Assembly: GCA_963705105.1 (NCBI GenBank)
Contig: CAVPIW010000009.1
Span: 96,001-160,000 of the forward strand
From: an uncultured Nitrospiraceae bacterium
GTDB taxonomy: Bacteria > Nitrospirota > Thermodesulfovibrionia > Thermodesulfovibrionales > Dissulfurispiraceae
Length of the DNA: 64,000 nt
Direction of reading: 5' to 3'
Made by a program: the position numbers and the translations under genes. The stretch's first letter is position 1. Every line of letters starts with the position of its first letter. Positions 55,404 to 64,000 of the stretch are shown in pieces. The notes beneath the pieces were generated by a model. The model saw only the letters and a program-made list of their open reading frames with translations, searched no databases and had not been told where the DNA came from.

Positions 55404-56992
55404 GGCGGAACATGAGATGCTTCGACAGGATTGGATGGTTATGCGGGGCTGTGATCGGTCTTCTTCTCTGTGGTTGTGCAGGCATGCAGACGGGACCGGA
55501 ACCGGGTGCATCCATAGGGACTCTCCACGTCGTTTTCGGCACAGAGGTCTATGTCAACGGCAAAGAGGCCTTTGACGGGAGACCCATTTACGGCGGCGAT
55601 GACGTGGCAACGGGATCAGGCGCCGGTGTCATCGTGAATTTTCCCGACGGCGGGTTCATACAGCTCGATGAGCAGACTGATCCGACGATACGGGAGCTGA
55701 TCGAGCAGGGCAAATGCGTGATTCTTGCCTTTTTCAGATACGGGAGGGCTTTCGGGGCGACAGGGCGAGATTGCGCCATCAGCACGAATGACCCCAACCT
55801 TGCATCCATTACTGGCGGGACACAGTTTAACCTGGAAATAGGAGGCGACCGTTCAATACTGACCGTTATCCGGGGCACGATGCGCCTCCGGCTCGCCGAT
55901 GGAGAAAGGGCGGTCCACGCCGGGCAGCAAGTCGCCGTTTCTCGTCATTATCTGATAGGTATACGCGATCTGTCCCCGGAAGAGCTGCGTCGCGTCACGT
56001 CCTGGCGCCAGAAGAGACCCAAGCCGGGGGGTTGGTGCTGTGACAAAGGAAAGGTGTTCCACAGTGATCCCGAAAGCTGTCAGCGAGGGGGAGGGACTTT
56101 CTTTGCCGATGAGCGGTCCGCCTATGATAAGTGTAAAACGCCCTTGCCTGATAACAAGCGGGCTTTCTGTGAACAATACGCGGAGAGGGCAGTCAGTCAG
56201 AACAACGACAATCTCCGGAGAAAGTGCGGTTACACAGGTGTGCGATGGCAGTCGAACTTCGATGCTCACTTCAATTGGTGCATGACGACCGACCCCGCTT
56301 CCGCCGAATCGGAGACGCGGATTCGGGAAGCGGATCTGAAAAGGTGCAGGCCCGCCGAGTCGATTGATGGCGGTCCCGTGCCGGAAGGACATCCACCTGA
56401 TGACAAGCCGGGATGGTGCTGTGACGACGAAAAAGTCTTCCGGAGCGACCGGGAAAACTGCAAACGAAGGGGCGGGACTTTTTTCGTCGATGAGCGCACT
56501 GCGCGTGACAAGTGCAAAACAACCCTGAAGGACGACAAAAGACCGTTCTGTGAAGAATACGCCAGGAAGGCAGTCAGTCAGAACAAGGAAAACCTCAGGA
56601 GAAAATGCGGCTATTCGGGACAGCGATGGCTGTCGGACGACAATGCTCACTTTAATTGGTGCATGGATGTTGACGGGGCGGCCGCCGAGGCGGAGAGGCG
56701 CAGCCGTGAAGCGGACCTGAAAAGATGCGGGTCAGGAGGCTCCAAGCAGCAGGACGGAATGGAAAAGGGGATAGACCGACCGGGATCGGATTACAGAGAT
56801 TTTGACCTTAGGAAAGCCGATCCGGCCCTCTGCCGGGACGCTTGCATGAAAGACGCCGAATGCAGGGCCTGGACCTATGTGGAGCCTAACTCTGCCAAGC
56901 CGCGGGCGCATTGCTGGCTTAAGAAAGCGGTTCCTCCGGCCCGGAAAGACAGATGCTGCGTTTCAGGGGTGAAATTCACCGGGCCGGAATGA
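55400..56992 (+). CDS. Probable lipoprotein with FecR-like domain, duplicated Cys-rich module and C-terminal PAN/apple domain
   Basis: LCGC lipobox-like; D.VATG...GTQF..L.VI.G FecR-like; C...C..D.EC.AWTY...CWLK PAN motif. Confidence 0.8.
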   Translation: MRRNMRCFDRIGWLCGAVIGLLLCGCAGMQTGPEPGASIGTLHVVFGTEVYVNGKEAFDGRPIYGGDDVATGSGAGVIVNFPDGGFIQLDEQTDPTIRELIEQGKCVILAFFRYGRAFGATGRDCAISTNDPNLASITGGTQFNLEIGGDRSILTVIRGTMRLRLADGERAVHAGQQVAVSRHYLIGIRDLSPEELRRVTSWRQKRPKPGGWCCDKGKVFHSDPESCQRGGGTFFADERSAYDKCKTPLPDNKRAFCEQYAERAVSQNNDNLRRKCGYTGVRWQSNFDAHFNWCMTTDPASAESETRIREADLKRCRPAESIDGGPVPEGHPPDDKPGWCCDDEKVFRSDRENCKRRGGTFFVDERTARDKCKTTLKDDKRPFCEEYARKAVSQNKENLRRKCGYSGQRWLSDDNAHFNWCMDVDGAAAEAERRSREADLKRCGSGGSKQQDGMEKGIDRPGSDYRDFDLRKADPALCRDACMKDAECRAWTYVEPNSAKPRAHCWLKKAVPPARKDRCCVSGVKFTGPE

Positions 56993-57236
56993 AAGGTCAA
57001 TAGCCGGGAGACCCTTTCGTGGAATGGACAGAGACTCCGGGGGATGAATTGTGGGGGCCGTTCCCCGATAGGCCCGAAGCACATATCCGGCGTGTTTTGC
57101 CCTGTCTTTTCCTGCAACTATAGCCTACAAGGTAAATCATAATCATAACTATTGACTTTTCAGAGCCTTTCTGTAAAAATGGACGATTGAAGCAGCGCAA
57201 TCTTCCATCATACGTCACAGCAAGGAGGCCGGTATC

Positions 57237-58997
57237 ATGAGACAGACGCCCTATCAACGGATGGTTCAGCGGACCCCTCTGTTCGCGATGCTTGTCGTGT
57301 CCCTCGTCGCGCTCGTCGCGTGCGGAGGGGGCGGCACAGGCAGCAACAACCTCATTGCAGTGCAGGTTTCTTCTCAAAACGGAGGGACCTTCACGAACAA
57401 CCCGAACAACCCCGATATCACGATCACGATCCCGCCGGGGGCTTTAAGCAGTGATGCGAACCTGACAGTCGACCGTGTCGATGCGCCTCCAGGTACGGGA
57501 GCGAACCAGATCGCCGCAAGCTCTGCCTATGCAGTCAGCATCAGGGGCAGCGGCACAGTCACCCTGAGGGAACCCCTGTCGATCGAGATCAGGGTGAATC
57601 CTGTTCCCGAACACCCCCAGCTCGGAGAAATCGCCGTGCTCGAAGGGGCAAGCTGGAACAGGCTCCAGTCCAACTTCTTCAAGGCATCGGGCCGCTCCGT
57701 CGTCTCTCTGACGACGAGGACGAGCGGCACCTTCCGCGCCGTTCACAGGAGCATTCAGCAGGCGACAGGCCCGGGCGTCGCCACCGGCTTCAACGTGTTC
57801 ATGTACGAAACTTTCGGCAACGAGGCCTTTTTCGGCAATGTGGGACTCCACACAGTGCTGAACAATGTCTCGCCTGCGAATGCCGTCGCCCTTGGAGCCC
57901 AGGTGGACATCGACCGGGTCCCGGCCTCCATCGCCGCATTCCTCTCCGACCCGAATGTCCCGGCTGCCGACAAAGCAGCGGCCCTCCAGGACCCCGCGAC
58001 GACGAGGGCGCTCGTCAAGGCCGGCGCGGTCGTCGGCGTGAAGGGTTTCTATGCTTCGAACGATCCGAATGACACGACTCTCGTCCGGGCCGGCATCACC
58101 TGTGCTCTCTGTCATGTGCTTGTGACGCCGACGTCCTTCCCCGGCGTCGGGACACTGCCCGTCGGGAAACTCAACATCGACGGTGTGCCCAATACAAAGA
58201 TCGATGTAGGAGCGATCCTTGCATTTACGCCCTTTGCGACCGGCGCGGGACAGTCCGTCGTCGACCTGCTCAACAGCTGGGGACCGGGGCGGTTCGACAT
58301 CCGTGCCTTGCCCGACAATCCCCTCGAAGATAACGTGAACAATCCGACCAAGATCCCTGCTCTGTGGAACTTCATCGACCTCTCGTCGCAGGGATATCTG
58401 ATCGGATGGGACGGGCTGTTCAAAGACAACGGCACGACGAACAACGCTCTTGCAAGCATCACCGAGGTCGCCTATGACCTGCCGATGCACTCCAATGGCG
58501 CCTTCGGCACTGCAGCAGGGACGCTGCCGCCTGAGCTGAGCGTCACACCGCCTGCCGATCTCCTCAATGCCCTTGCGCAGGCGGAAACGGACACCCCCGG
58601 CAACGATGTCGTGCCTCTCCAGAAGCTGCTGGATGTCCAGACATGGATGAGAAGCCTGGCGAGCCCGAAACCGGGGGCCTTTGACGAAGCGAAGGCGCTC
58701 CAGGGCTTCAGGCTCTTCCACGGGAAGGCGAACTGCGTCACCTGCCACCGCACAGCCGACCTCACGGGCCCCGGCCTCTTCACCGACATCACGGCGACGG
58801 CGCCGACGGGAGGGCTGGCCGGCGGCGTGCGGATACCGGGGCTGAGAGGGATATCGCGGACCGCACCGTACTTCCACGACCACAGTGCCCGCACCCTCGA
58901 CGATGTCGTCGCGCGCTTCGTCGCCCGGGGCAAGCAGGTGCCTGCACTGACGGCCGACGAGCAGAAAGCTGTTGTGGAGTATTTGAAGAGCCTGTAA
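57237..58997 (+). CDS. Lipoprotein with two c-type heme motifs (di-heme peroxidase/RoxA-like C-terminus)
   Basis: LVAC lipobox; CALCH and CVTCH; P.LRGI..TAPYFHD.S and LT..E..AVVEYLKSL. Confidence 0.82.
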   Translation: MRQTPYQRMVQRTPLFAMLVVSLVALVACGGGGTGSNNLIAVQVSSQNGGTFTNNPNNPDITITIPPGALSSDANLTVDRVDAPPGTGANQIAASSAYAVSIRGSGTVTLREPLSIEIRVNPVPEHPQLGEIAVLEGASWNRLQSNFFKASGRSVVSLTTRTSGTFRAVHRSIQQATGPGVATGFNVFMYETFGNEAFFGNVGLHTVLNNVSPANAVALGAQVDIDRVPASIAAFLSDPNVPAADKAAALQDPATTRALVKAGAVVGVKGFYASNDPNDTTLVRAGITCALCHVLVTPTSFPGVGTLPVGKLNIDGVPNTKIDVGAILAFTPFATGAGQSVVDLLNSWGPGRFDIRALPDNPLEDNVNNPTKIPALWNFIDLSSQGYLIGWDGLFKDNGTTNNALASITEVAYDLPMHSNGAFGTAAGTLPPELSVTPPADLLNALAQAETDTPGNDVVPLQKLLDVQTWMRSLASPKPGAFDEAKALQGFRLFHGKANCVTCHRTADLTGPGLFTDITATAPTGGLAGGVRIPGLRGISRTAPYFHDHSARTLDDVVARFVARGKQVPALTADEQKAVVEYLKSL

Positions 58998-59016
58998 GAC
59001 CTGATCTGTGTAATCC

Positions 59017-59046
59017 GGGGGCGGCAATCGTCGCCCCCCTCTTTTG
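59017..59046 (+). terminator. Probable intrinsic terminator
   Basis: GGGGGCGG-CAA-TCGTCGCCCCC type stem followed by TCTTTT. Confidence 0.6.
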
Positions 59047-59098
59047 TTGTCCTCGTTTCCACGTCTCTCTGCAAGCTCCTGAAATATGCACAAGTAAT

Positions 59099-59310
59099 CC
59101 TTGCAGTTGCATAGAAAGGCGTGGCGAAGCGCCTCAAAGCCTTGCTGAAGGCGACGATACGCCTCGTCAGGTTTGTGTTTCAGGACTCCACTCTTTGTGT
59201 CATCGACCATAGACGTATAGGCCGTTTTTCGTTTTGATACAGGTGTCGCCGCAGCAAGGTTTTCGGCGCATACGCCCTGCCTTTCCCGGAAGTGTATTGC
59301 AACGATAAGG
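59099..59310. mobile_element. MITE-like element family A, copy 2 (inverted)
   Basis: 212 bp, CCTT...AAGG ends, TAAT duplicated on both flanks (59095-59098, 59311-59314). Confidence 0.82.
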
Positions 59311-59326
59311 TAATGTCCCATGCTTT

Positions 59327-59385
59327 GTCATTCCGGCTCGTCCGGAATCTTTCTGGGGGCAAGACTCCCGACAAGCGGGAGTGAC
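59327..59385. repeat. GTCAT-type palindromic element
   Basis: GTCATTCCGGCTCGTCCGGAATC...GACTCCCGACAAGCGGGAGTGAC double hairpin. Confidence 0.72.
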
Positions 59386-59468
59386 GGGATATAGGTCATG
59401 TATATGCAGGAATCAAATATTTCGGATTCGAGAGATGGATACAATCAACGATAATCCTCTGGGGAAGG

Positions 59469-60824
59469 TTAGCTCTCAAGCGGCAGGCTAATCTCCACGA
59501 CGAGGCCGCCGTCCGCCGCATTGGAGGCCGTCACTGTGCCTCCGTGCAGCCTGACGGCGCGTTCGGTGATGGCAAGGCCGATCCCGGTCCCTCCGGTTTC
59601 CCTGTCCCGGGAATCGGCGACGCGGTAGAAAGGCCGAAATAAATTGGAAAGAGCTTCTTCAGGAACACCCCTGCCGTGGTCTCTCACCTTACATATCGCG
59701 CGCTCAGGTCCCGCTTTCCGTTCACTGTGAAGGGTCACCTCGACCGTTGAACCCTCCGCCGTATACCTGACGGCGTTCCGGACGACATTCTCGACAGCCC
59801 TGCGGAGCATCTCTTCGGACGCGGTGATCATCAGGTCGCCGCCGGGGACGAAGTTCACGGACCGGCCCCGGCTCCTCGCCTCGAAATCGGCGTCGTCGAC
59901 GACTTCCCTCACGAGCAGTGAGAGATCGAATGACGTCTTGTCCAGCCTCTCCGCGCCGCTTTCGAGGAGCGTGAGTGTCGTCAGCTGGCCGATGAGGTCG
60001 TTGAGACGCTCCGATTCCCGCTCCATGCGATCCAGGGCATCCTCCGCCCCGGGGCCCGCATGGCGGCGCGCCAGCTCCAGTGCGACATTGAGGCGGGCGA
60101 GGGGAGAACGCAGCTCGTGAGAGATGTCCCTGAGCAGCCTCCGTTGCGCCTGGACAAGGGACTCGATCCGTCCGGCCATGTTGTCGAAGTCACGTCCCAG
60201 ATCAGCAATCTCGTCCCTCCGCCTTCCGAAGAAGGGTCCCACGCGCGTCTCCAGTGCCCCTCCGGCAAACTGCCGGGCCGCCTTCTGCAGGTGCAGGATC
60301 GGCGCAGTCAGGGAGCGGGCGAGGAGATAGCAGACGATGCCGGCGACAACGAAGGTGACGGACAGACGGAGGCCGAGGTGGCGGGGATCAAGCATATTTT
60401 CCAACGGCGTGGGGCGGGGCACCTCGGCGAGGATGACGTAGTTGTTCTCCAACGGCAGGGCGAACCACAATCCCCTCCTGCCGGGAGCGACCTGGAGTTC
60501 TCCGGTCACCGCCGCCGTGGACGCGAGTTGTTCGCCCCTGCCGGGAGCGGGACGGCCCGAAAGAGATCCCTGGTCTCTCTTATAGAGGAAGGCGGGCATA
60601 CGCGCCTCCCGTTCCAATCGTGCCGCCTCCTCGGAAAGTCCCGTGACTCCCCGCGATTCATAGGCGCTGACCAGCGACCTGCCGGCTTTCAGAACCTGTT
60701 TTTCGTGACGGGCCCGGGCGGAGGCCATCGGGTCCGTCGTCAGAGCGATGACGACGCCGGCGGCGCCGATGAAGGTCATCGCAAGCCAGAACCAGAGAAA
60801 TATCTTTACGAAGAGACTCCGCAT
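59469..60824 (-). CDS. cpxA: Sensor histidine kinase (CpxA-like)
   Basis: SLF.KIFLWFW, HAMP, DISHELRSPLARL, FRPFYRV..SRDRETGGTGIGLAI. Confidence 0.85.
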   Translation of the reverse strand: MRSLFVKIFLWFWLAMTFIGAAGVVIALTTDPMASARARHEKQVLKAGRSLVSAYESRGVTGLSEEAARLEREARMPAFLYKRDQGSLSGRPAPGRGEQLASTAAVTGELQVAPGRRGLWFALPLENNYVILAEVPRPTPLENMLDPRHLGLRLSVTFVVAGIVCYLLARSLTAPILHLQKAARQFAGGALETRVGPFFGRRRDEIADLGRDFDNMAGRIESLVQAQRRLLRDISHELRSPLARLNVALELARRHAGPGAEDALDRMERESERLNDLIGQLTTLTLLESGAERLDKTSFDLSLLVREVVDDADFEARSRGRSVNFVPGGDLMITASEEMLRRAVENVVRNAVRYTAEGSTVEVTLHSERKAGPERAICKVRDHGRGVPEEALSNLFRPFYRVADSRDRETGGTGIGLAITERAVRLHGGTVTASNAADGGLVVEISLPLES

Positions 60825-60825
60825 A

Positions 60826-61545
60826 TCAATGTTCCGCTTCACCCGACCGCTGCGGGAGCGAGTAGAGGTATCCCACGCTCCGGACCGTCTTGACACGCTC
60901 AGTCCCGTCAACCTCATGGCCCAGTTTCCTGCGAAGGCTGCTCACGTGCACGTCGAGGCTGCGGTCATAAGGAGAGAGGGCGCGTCCCAGGACTTTCCTG
61001 CTCAGGTCCCGCCGTGTCACCACCTGGCCTGCCATGCCGAGCAGCTCCTCGAGCAGACTGAACTCGACCGACGTCAGTTCCACCATTTCGCCGGACCGTT
61101 TCACCGTCCTCGTCGTCGTATCCAGTTCCACGTCACCAACGACAAGGCGTGCCGGGGAAGCGCCCGGCTGCACCGGCGCCGCCTGTTCAGAGCGGCGCTG
61201 GACGGCGCGAATGCGTGCCACCAGCTCCCGGGGGTTGAAGGGCTTCGGCAGATAGTCGTCGGCGCCCATCTCAAGACCGACGATGCGGTCGACATCATCG
61301 CCGCGGGCCGTCAGCATCAGGACGGGAATGCGGGACCTGTCGCGGATGCGGCGCAGCACCTCGAAACCGCTGATGCCCGGGAGCATCACATCGAGCACCA
61401 CGAGATTATGCTCTCCCGAAAGCGCCCGCTCGATACCGGGCACCGCATCGAATACCGCTTCGACATCGAACCCCTCCGGCTTCAAATAGTCTGAGAGCAG
61501 TTCGCAGAGCTCCCTGTCGTCGTCAATGACCAGTATGCGGCCCAT
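60826..61545 (-). CDS. cpxR: OmpR-family response regulator (CpxR-like)
   Basis: Receiver plus winged helix; DRSLDVHVSSLRRKL. Confidence 0.87.
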   Translation of the reverse strand: MGRILVIDDDRELCELLSDYLKPEGFDVEAVFDAVPGIERALSGEHNLVVLDVMLPGISGFEVLRRIRDRSRIPVLMLTARGDDVDRIVGLEMGADDYLPKPFNPRELVARIRAVQRRSEQAAPVQPGASPARLVVGDVELDTTTRTVKRSGEMVELTSVEFSLLEELLGMAGQVVTRRDLSRKVLGRALSPYDRSLDVHVSSLRRKLGHEVDGTERVKTVRSVGYLYSLPQRSGEAEH

Positions 61546-61580
61546 AGATCTATTCTACCCCGAAAAGACGGGACGATGGT

Positions 61581-61626
61581 GTAAAGAATTGTAAAGCGCG
61601 GCCTGAGAAACTTTACAATTCTTTTC
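61581..61626. promoter_or_regulatory. CpxR-type boxes
   Basis: GTAAA-GAATT-GTAAA (61581-61595) and inverted GAAAA-GAATT-GTAAA (61612-61626). Confidence 0.75.
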
Positions 61627-61746
61627 CTTTCTTGATGGAACCTTCACCCACACTTAAAAAAATATTCGGTACCATAAAAGCATGAACGAGGAACACGTGA
61701 AAAGAGGAGGTGATTCCGATGTAGAACGATTTCTTCGAACCATATT

Positions 61747-61881
61747 TGATGGATTCGTAATAAGCCGTCATACCCGCGAACGCGGGTATCCAGATTTCGA
61801 TAATCTGACTGAATATACTGGATTCCCGTCTGCACGGGAATGACAGACGAGCGCTGTGTCAGGCTTTTTACGAGGGCGTCA
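61747..61881. repeat. Nested palindromic element
   Basis: Outer arms TGATGGATTCGTAATAAGCC / GGCTTTTTACGAGGGCGTCA around an inner GTCATACCCGCG...GGGAATGAC (61767-61844). Confidence 0.72.
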
Positions 61882-61928
61882 TATTTCATGTCTGCAAAAA
61901 TACAGGCTTCGAAAAAAAGGAGGTTTCA

Positions 61929-62396
61929 ATGAAAACGGAGATATTGGAAGAATCGGTCCTGGACATCAGGATGACGTTCGGAAAGGCCCTGGTCGCTGCA
62001 TTGTGTGTTCTCATGGTTGCCTGCCTGGTCTTCATACAGACGGCCTCTGCACAGGACAGGGGAAGGCCGGGCAAGGCCCCGTCCCCGGAGCGCGTCATGG
62101 CCAAACTGACGGAGCGCCTCAACCTGACTGAGGCGCAGCAGGCACAGATGCAGCCGGTCATACAGGATGACATGAACAGGCACCGCGAGGTCATGACAAA
62201 GGCAAGGGAACAGGAGATCAGGGACCGCGAGGCCGTAAGAGAGCAATTTGAGGCGATTGACAAGGAAACGGATGCAAAGCTGGCGACGATCCTTTCAGCC
62301 GAACAGATGAAGGAGTTCCAGAAGATAAGGGAAGAGCGCCGCGCGAGGATGCATGACAAGCGTCACCGCGGCGGACCGCCCCCCATCGGCGGGTAA
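61929..62396 (+). CDS. Spy/CpxP-like periplasmic protein
   Basis: Signal/TM segment, LNLTEAQ and LSAEQ (LTxxQ-type) motifs; divergent from cpxR. Confidence 0.8.
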   Translation: MKTEILEESVLDIRMTFGKALVAALCVLMVACLVFIQTASAQDRGRPGKAPSPERVMAKLTERLNLTEAQQAQMQPVIQDDMNRHREVMTKAREQEIRDREAVREQFEAIDKETDAKLATILSAEQMKEFQKIREERRARMHDKRHRGGPPPIGG

Positions 62397-62504
62397 TGCA
62401 GCCGAACAAGGATGGGCCGGGCTCGACACATGACAGCCCGGCCCTCCCTGCTCAGACATTCAGGATTGACCTATTTGCTCCGGCAATTAAATACCTGAAA
62501 CACT

Positions 62505-62577
62505 GTCATTGCCGCAAGCGCAGCGCGTCGGCAATCCTTCTGAAAACGAAAAAGGATTCCGGACAAGCCGGAATGAC
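62505..62577. repeat. GTCAT...ATGAC palindromic element
   Basis: Closely similar to 15674-15757. Confidence 0.75.
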
Positions 62578-62684
62578 AGACCGCAACACTCTTTAAGTGT
62601 CAAATTGCCAGGTCATAAAATTGGAAATAACATGAGAGGCATTCTGCAATGATTAATGAATACAGGGTAAGGAAGGAAGCATTG

Positions 62685-64000
62685 ATGTCCCGGTTCAGGC
62701 GGATGGCATGCATTGCTCTGACTCTTGCTGCGTTGTCCCTGGCGGGGTGCGCTACTGTCGGACCCGATTATGTCCGGCCCTCCCTGCCGGTACCAGACAC
62801 GTGGAATACAGGATCCGCGAGCGTCTCCCCCTCCGCCAGCGCCGATACGAAGATACTGTCCCAATGGTGGTCGACGCTCGGAGATCCCCTGCTGACAAGT
62901 CTCATCGAACGGGCTGTTCAGAGGAACCCGGACTTGCGTGAGGCCTCGGCCCGTGTCCGCGAGGCCCGGGCACGCCGGGGCATCAGTGAAGCGGCGCTGT
63001 TTCCGGTCGTCGATATGTCGGGAAACGTCGTGAAAAGCAGCGGCAGCGAAGAAACCGGGGGTGGCGCCGAAAGGGACCTGTACTCGGCAGGTTTCGACGC
63101 CCGGTGGGAGATAGATCTTTTCGGCGGGAGACGCCGTGACGTGGAGGCGTCGCAGGCCGATCTGGAGGCAAGCACGGAGGACCTGCGTGACGTGCTCGTG
63201 ACGCTGATCGGTGAGGTGGCCCTGAACTATGTCGATGTCCGCTCCTTTCAGGCCCGTCTTGCCATCGCCGTAGCGAACCGGACCGCTCAATCTGACGCCT
63301 ACGACATCACCCGCTGGCGCTTCGAAGCCGGGTTGACAAGCCGTCTCGATGTGGACCAGGCAAGATACAATCTCGAAAACACGCAGGCGCAGATCCCCCC
63401 GCTCAGGAGCGGGCTTGAAAGGGCCACGAACCGTCTTGACGTGCTGCTGGGGCTCCATCCCGGCTCCCTGAAGGAGGAGCTGTCCGGGCAAGAACCCATT
63501 CCGGTCCCGCCGCAGGAGATGCTTGTCGGAGTCCCCGCCGACATCCTGCGGAACAGGCCCGATGTGAGGCGGGCCGAACGCCGTTTGGCGGCTCAGACCG
63601 CCCGGATCGGCGTTGCCACGGCTGAACTGTATCCCAAACTCACCCTGACCGGATCCATCGGTCTTGAAGCGCTCTCATTCGGAAAACTCTTCTCCTCCGG
63701 CAGCCGCACCTACGGGTTCGGCCCCGCTTTTACATGGAACATCTTCGATGCCGGCAGCATCCGGAAGAATATAGAGGCGCAGAATGCGCTTCAGGAGCAG
63801 GCGCTCATACAGTATGAATCGGCGATCCTCGGGGCACTCGAGGAGGTCAACAACGGGCTTGTCACATATGCCCAGGAGCAGCTCAGGCTCCAGTCACTCA
63901 CCGAGGCTTCACGGGCGGCGGCGAGTGCCGTTGAAATAGCTCAACTTCAATATGCGTCGGGGGTGATCGATTTCCAGGTCGTCCTCGATGCCCAGAGGTC
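62685..64000 (+). CDS. RND efflux outer-membrane lipoprotein (NodT/OprM family), 3' truncated by window edge
   Basis: Own translation: MSRFRR...LAGCATVGPDY lipobox, WEIDLFG, RPDVRRAE; absent from the ORF track because there is no stop in the window. Confidence 0.92.
   Translation, partial: MSRFRRMACIALTLAALSLAGCATVGPDYVRPSLPVPDTWNTGSASVSPSASADTKILSQWWSTLGDPLLTSLIERAVQRNPDLREASARVREARARRGISEAALFPVVDMSGNVVKSSGSEETGGGAERDLYSAGFDARWEIDLFGGRRRDVEASQADLEASTEDLRDVLVTLIGEVALNYVDVRSFQARLAIAVANRTAQSDAYDITRWRFEAGLTSRLDVDQARYNLENTQAQIPPLRSGLERATNRLDVLLGLHPGSLKEELSGQEPIPVPPQEMLVGVPADILRNRPDVRRAERRLAAQTARIGVATAELYPKLTLTGSIGLEALSFGKLFSSGSRTYGFGPAFTWNIFDAGSIRKNIEAQNALQEQALIQYESAILGALEEVNNGLVTYAQEQLRLQSLTEASRAAASAVEIAQLQYASGVIDFQVVLDAQR

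Noticed and set aside
57444..59321. 625-aa minus-strand ORF
   Set aside because: Antisense to the di-heme gene, and its start is read through MITE copy 2

Overview
A 64-kb, GC-rich bacterial chromosomal window. Gene content (feoB-fur, nifUS, Lon-like protease, xerD, transketolase, citrate synthase/aconitase, larC, sigma-54 regulators, tRNA-Thr(CGT)) suggests an anaerobic Gram-negative organism, possibly Nitrospirota or Desulfobacterota; that assignment is inference only. Main observations: (1) An unannotated 61-codon Cys-rich ORF (51314-51499, minus strand) with an in-frame UGA at a CxxC position (CPE-U-GH) and a 17-nt SECIS-like hairpin 11 nt downstream. It is a candidate small selenoprotein and heads an operon with yajQ, a TIGR02757-like gene and a glycosyltransferase. 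The TIGR02757-like gene has no canonical start and continues in frame from the yajQ UAG. (2) An integron-like cassette array without an integrase (6190-7410): promoter, attI-like site, ecotin cassette with a canonical 61-bp attC, and a toxin-antitoxin cassette with a truncated attC. (3) An operon encoding a MazG-like protein, an archaeal-type SAM synthetase and an HhH radical-SAM protein. (4) Several families of miniature inverted-repeat elements, one with 4-bp target-site duplications. Also present: a yybP-ykoY riboswitch, a sigma-54 promoter with enhancer-like sites, CpxR boxes and several probable leaderless genes. All family names come from motif recognition by eye; no database searches were run.
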